Part shown: positions 31,868 through 34,336 of the stretch, one piece after another
How positions within the stretch are numbered: the first letter of the stretch is position 1
Layout: the number at the start of each line of letters is the position of its first letter
From: Nemertoderma westbladi
Lineage: Eukaryota > Animalia > Xenacoelomorpha
Reading direction: 5' to 3'
Assembly: GCA_032718475.1 (NCBI GenBank)
Contig: JAUCBJ010003073.1
Span: 1-34,336 of the forward strand
Length of the DNA: 34,336 nt
The notes under the pieces: generated by a model
The model's input: only the letters and a program-made list of their open reading frames with translations
What the model was told of the DNA's origin: nothing
Databases searched by the model: none
Position numbers and translations under genes: made by a program

Positions 31868-33520
31868 GATAATTTGGATAACTTTATAGAAGTAAAAGTG
31901 TCTGAGTCTGTACTCCCAGATATTCCCATTGGCGATATCTCCTTTGCAGAAGTGAAGGCTGCTGCAAAGAGCATTAAGACCAATCGTGCCAGTGGAGTAG
32001 ATGGTGTTCCCCCTGAGGTCTTTAAAATACCTGAGTGTTTAAAGCTCATCTATCCCATCATAGTAGACATGTACCGTATATCACGAGTCCCACAAGAAAT
32101 GAAAACAAATAAGTTGGTGCCAGTTCCCAAGAAGGGCAACCTAACACTCTATGGTTCTTTTCGGGGAATCTCATTGATCTCGATTGCTGCAAAACTATAC
32201 AATAGAATTCTATTAAATCGCATCAGGAATCCCATTGAGAGACTGCTACGTGGAAATCAGAATGGGTTCCGTAAAGGTCGTGGGACCATGGAGCCCATTT
32301 TGGCACTTAGAAGGATAATTGAAGAGTTATCAAAAAAGAAAGACAGGCATCTGGCTGTTATCTTTGTTGACTTCTTCAAGGCCTTTGATTCAGTCTCTCG
32401 CTCACGTATGTTCAGCATACTTTCATTATATGGGATTCCTGATGAAATTATTGCAGCAATCAGATCAGTATACGATGGTTCGACAACATTTGTGTCTACT
32501 GTTGACGGTGACACAGAACCATTTGAAGTGTTATGGGGCGTCCTCCAAGGAGACACACTTGCACCATTCTTGTTCATTATTGTGGTTGACTATGTTCTAC
32601 GCATGTCCTTAGATCATCATAATGATGATGGGGTGATGATAACTCCACCTACTGGCTCCAGAAGTCGAGGAAATCCTGCCAAGTACCTAACTGATCTAGA
32701 CTTTGCTGATGACTTAGGAGTACTCTCAGAATCATTAGAGGGAGCCCAGCGGCTCCTCAGCTCATTAGAACATGCTGCTTCTAGTGTTGGTCTTTTTATT
32801 AACTCCAGAAAGACCAAAATTCTGACAGTTAACTTTGAAAGTCCTCAGCAGGTCTCTGATCGGATGAGCATAAGCTCAAAGGATGGTATGCTTGAGCATG
32901 TGGACGACTTCTGTTACCTGGGATCATGGATCCGGAAGTCAGGTGAGGACCTTCGAATACGTAAGGGAAAGGCATGGGCAGCCTTGAATAGGCTTTCCAG
33001 GATTTGGAAGTCACCTAGAATTAATCGGAAACTTAAGGTCCGATTATTTAGAGCAGCAGTAGTTCCAGTACTCCTCTACGGGAGGCCATGCTGGGCTCTA
33101 ACTGCTGAGGACACCAAATCTCTGGATGGCACATTCACAAGAATGCTACGCCGGGTACATTGTGTCAAGTACAATGCACACATCTCCAACCAGACACTAT
33201 AACATTGGAGGTGTCTCATTGGTTCCCCCAAGCTTGACACTAGAACAAAATCGCCTCCGCTTTGCAGGACATTGCTTTCGCCGTGAGGACCAGCCAGTGC
33301 ATAATCTTGTACTTTGGCAGCCTCATGGAGTGAATAAGCATGGTGGACAGCCCATGACTTTCTTGAGACGCATCTTAAAGGACACTGGCCTTAAAGATGC
33401 GGATGATCTAGCAAATGTCATGGGTGATAGGGAGTTGTGGCGGTGCAATTTTGTTGACAAGCCGGCACAGCATTCTTAAAAATGCAGCTGCAATGCAGCA
33501 TGCCGATCCTAGTAGTAGTA
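31868..33520 (+). mobile_element. 5'-truncated RTE-like LINE (family B, copy 2) with an intact RT core and an 11-bp TSD
   Basis: TSD GTTAGTATTTG at 31857-31867 and 33521-33531, and a (TAG)n tail. The 445-codon frame has PVPKKG, NQNGFRKGR, FVDFFKAFDS, GVLQGDTLAP, FADD and YLGS. One frameshift near 33195. Confidence 0.95.
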
Positions 33521-34336
33521 GTTAGTATTTGACCCTTTATTCTGCACATACTATTTACTGTAAGTACTGTATAACTTGACTAATTAACAGACGCGTATGG
33601 TAGTGCTAATTAACACAATGTAGGTACTGAATATTCGAACTAAATATCAATCTACTGTACAATTAATAGACAAACTTTTTCATAAACTCAATATTGGCGA
33701 GTTCAATGTTAACTGTATAATATAATTACCACAAAGGGGAAAAGCCACCACCAATTTGGAGTAGAGGTCAACAAAAGACTCCCCCCAAGAAAGGAGACCT
33801 CGGCATACCAACAAACTATCGGGGGATCTGTCTACTTGTGGTAGCTGCCAAAATATACAATAAAATGATTCTATATAGGATTAGGCCTCACATAGAGAAA
33901 CTACTGCGTAAGAGCCAAAACGGATTTCGACCAAGGAGATCAACAATAGCTCAGATACTTGCACTACGGAGACTGATTGAAGGAATTGAGTCAAAGAATC
34001 TCCCCGCAGCCATGACTTTTGTGGACTTCAAGAAGGCATTCGACTCCATCCATAGAGGTAAAATGCTTGAAATCCTAAGAGCTTATGGAATACCAGAAGT
34101 AATTGTTGCTGGCATTGGATTTTTATATTGTGACACAGAAGCGTAGGTACTCTCACCAGATGGTGAAACTGAGTTTTTCTCAATCCTGGCTTGTGTACTG
34201 CAAGGTGACACATTAGCACCATTACTATTTGTAATTGTGCTGGAATACGCAATGAGGACGGCCACAACGGGTGAAGATCTGGGATTCACACTTCAAGAAC
34301 GCAGAAGTAGTAGTTGTCTTGGTTGTGCGTATATTC

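Larger units (their letters stand above)
29930..34312 (+). mobile_element. Older RTE-like LINE (family A, APE-RT), interrupted by nested insertions
   Basis: APE remnants LLLSP..SRVMIATFDGNP, IAGDLNAQIG, NRNG, KLWTF, LDYILINKKW, GSDHRIV (30125-30650). Linker runs to ...AHIQQ|SRLTWQTVN and WKNHFSNLLGQPP (to about 31790). RT resumes at about 33780: PKKGDL..NYRGICL, SQNGFR, FVDFKKAFDS, VLQGDTLAP, GFTLQERRSS. The 5' boundary is uncertain and the two parts could be separate copies. Confidence 0.85.

Noticed and set aside
31865-33202. Treating the 445-aa RT ORF as the continuation of the APE at 30125-31075 (one intact LINE)
   Set aside because: It is bounded by its own TSD and tail and matches family B. 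A separate family A RT resumes at about 33780.

Overview
AT-rich eukaryotic genomic DNA, almost certainly animal (invertebrate-like), with no prokaryotic features. Five host genes: an uncharacterised 4-TM protein, two divergently oriented single-exon-CDS LPGAT1-like acyltransferases (one with eroded catalytic motifs), a single-exon-CDS Zn/NADP cinnamyl-alcohol-dehydrogenase-like gene (possible horizontal transfer), and a two-exon cysteine dioxygenase (CDO1). The rest is dense, nested mobile DNA: a Merlin/ISXO2 transposase pseudogene, an Academ-like MITE, a decayed CRE-clade retrotransposon, several RTE-like LINE copies, a P-element/THAP9-like transposase ORF inside the CDO1 intron, Helentron/DINE-1-like elements, a mini Penelope-like element, and 16-, 20-, 21-, 22- and 62-bp tandem arrays. 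Most notable: (1) the 569-bp Penelope-like remnant whose 98-bp direct repeats carry a non-canonical minimal hammerhead-like fold (retrozyme-like, 471-nt monomer); (2) a 43-bp triplication of the CDO1 exon-1 end that creates three competing splice donors, only one of them productive; (3) the putative HGT dehydrogenase; (4) the possible pseudo-enzyme acyltransferase paralog. All family assignments come from motif recognition by eye; no searches were run.
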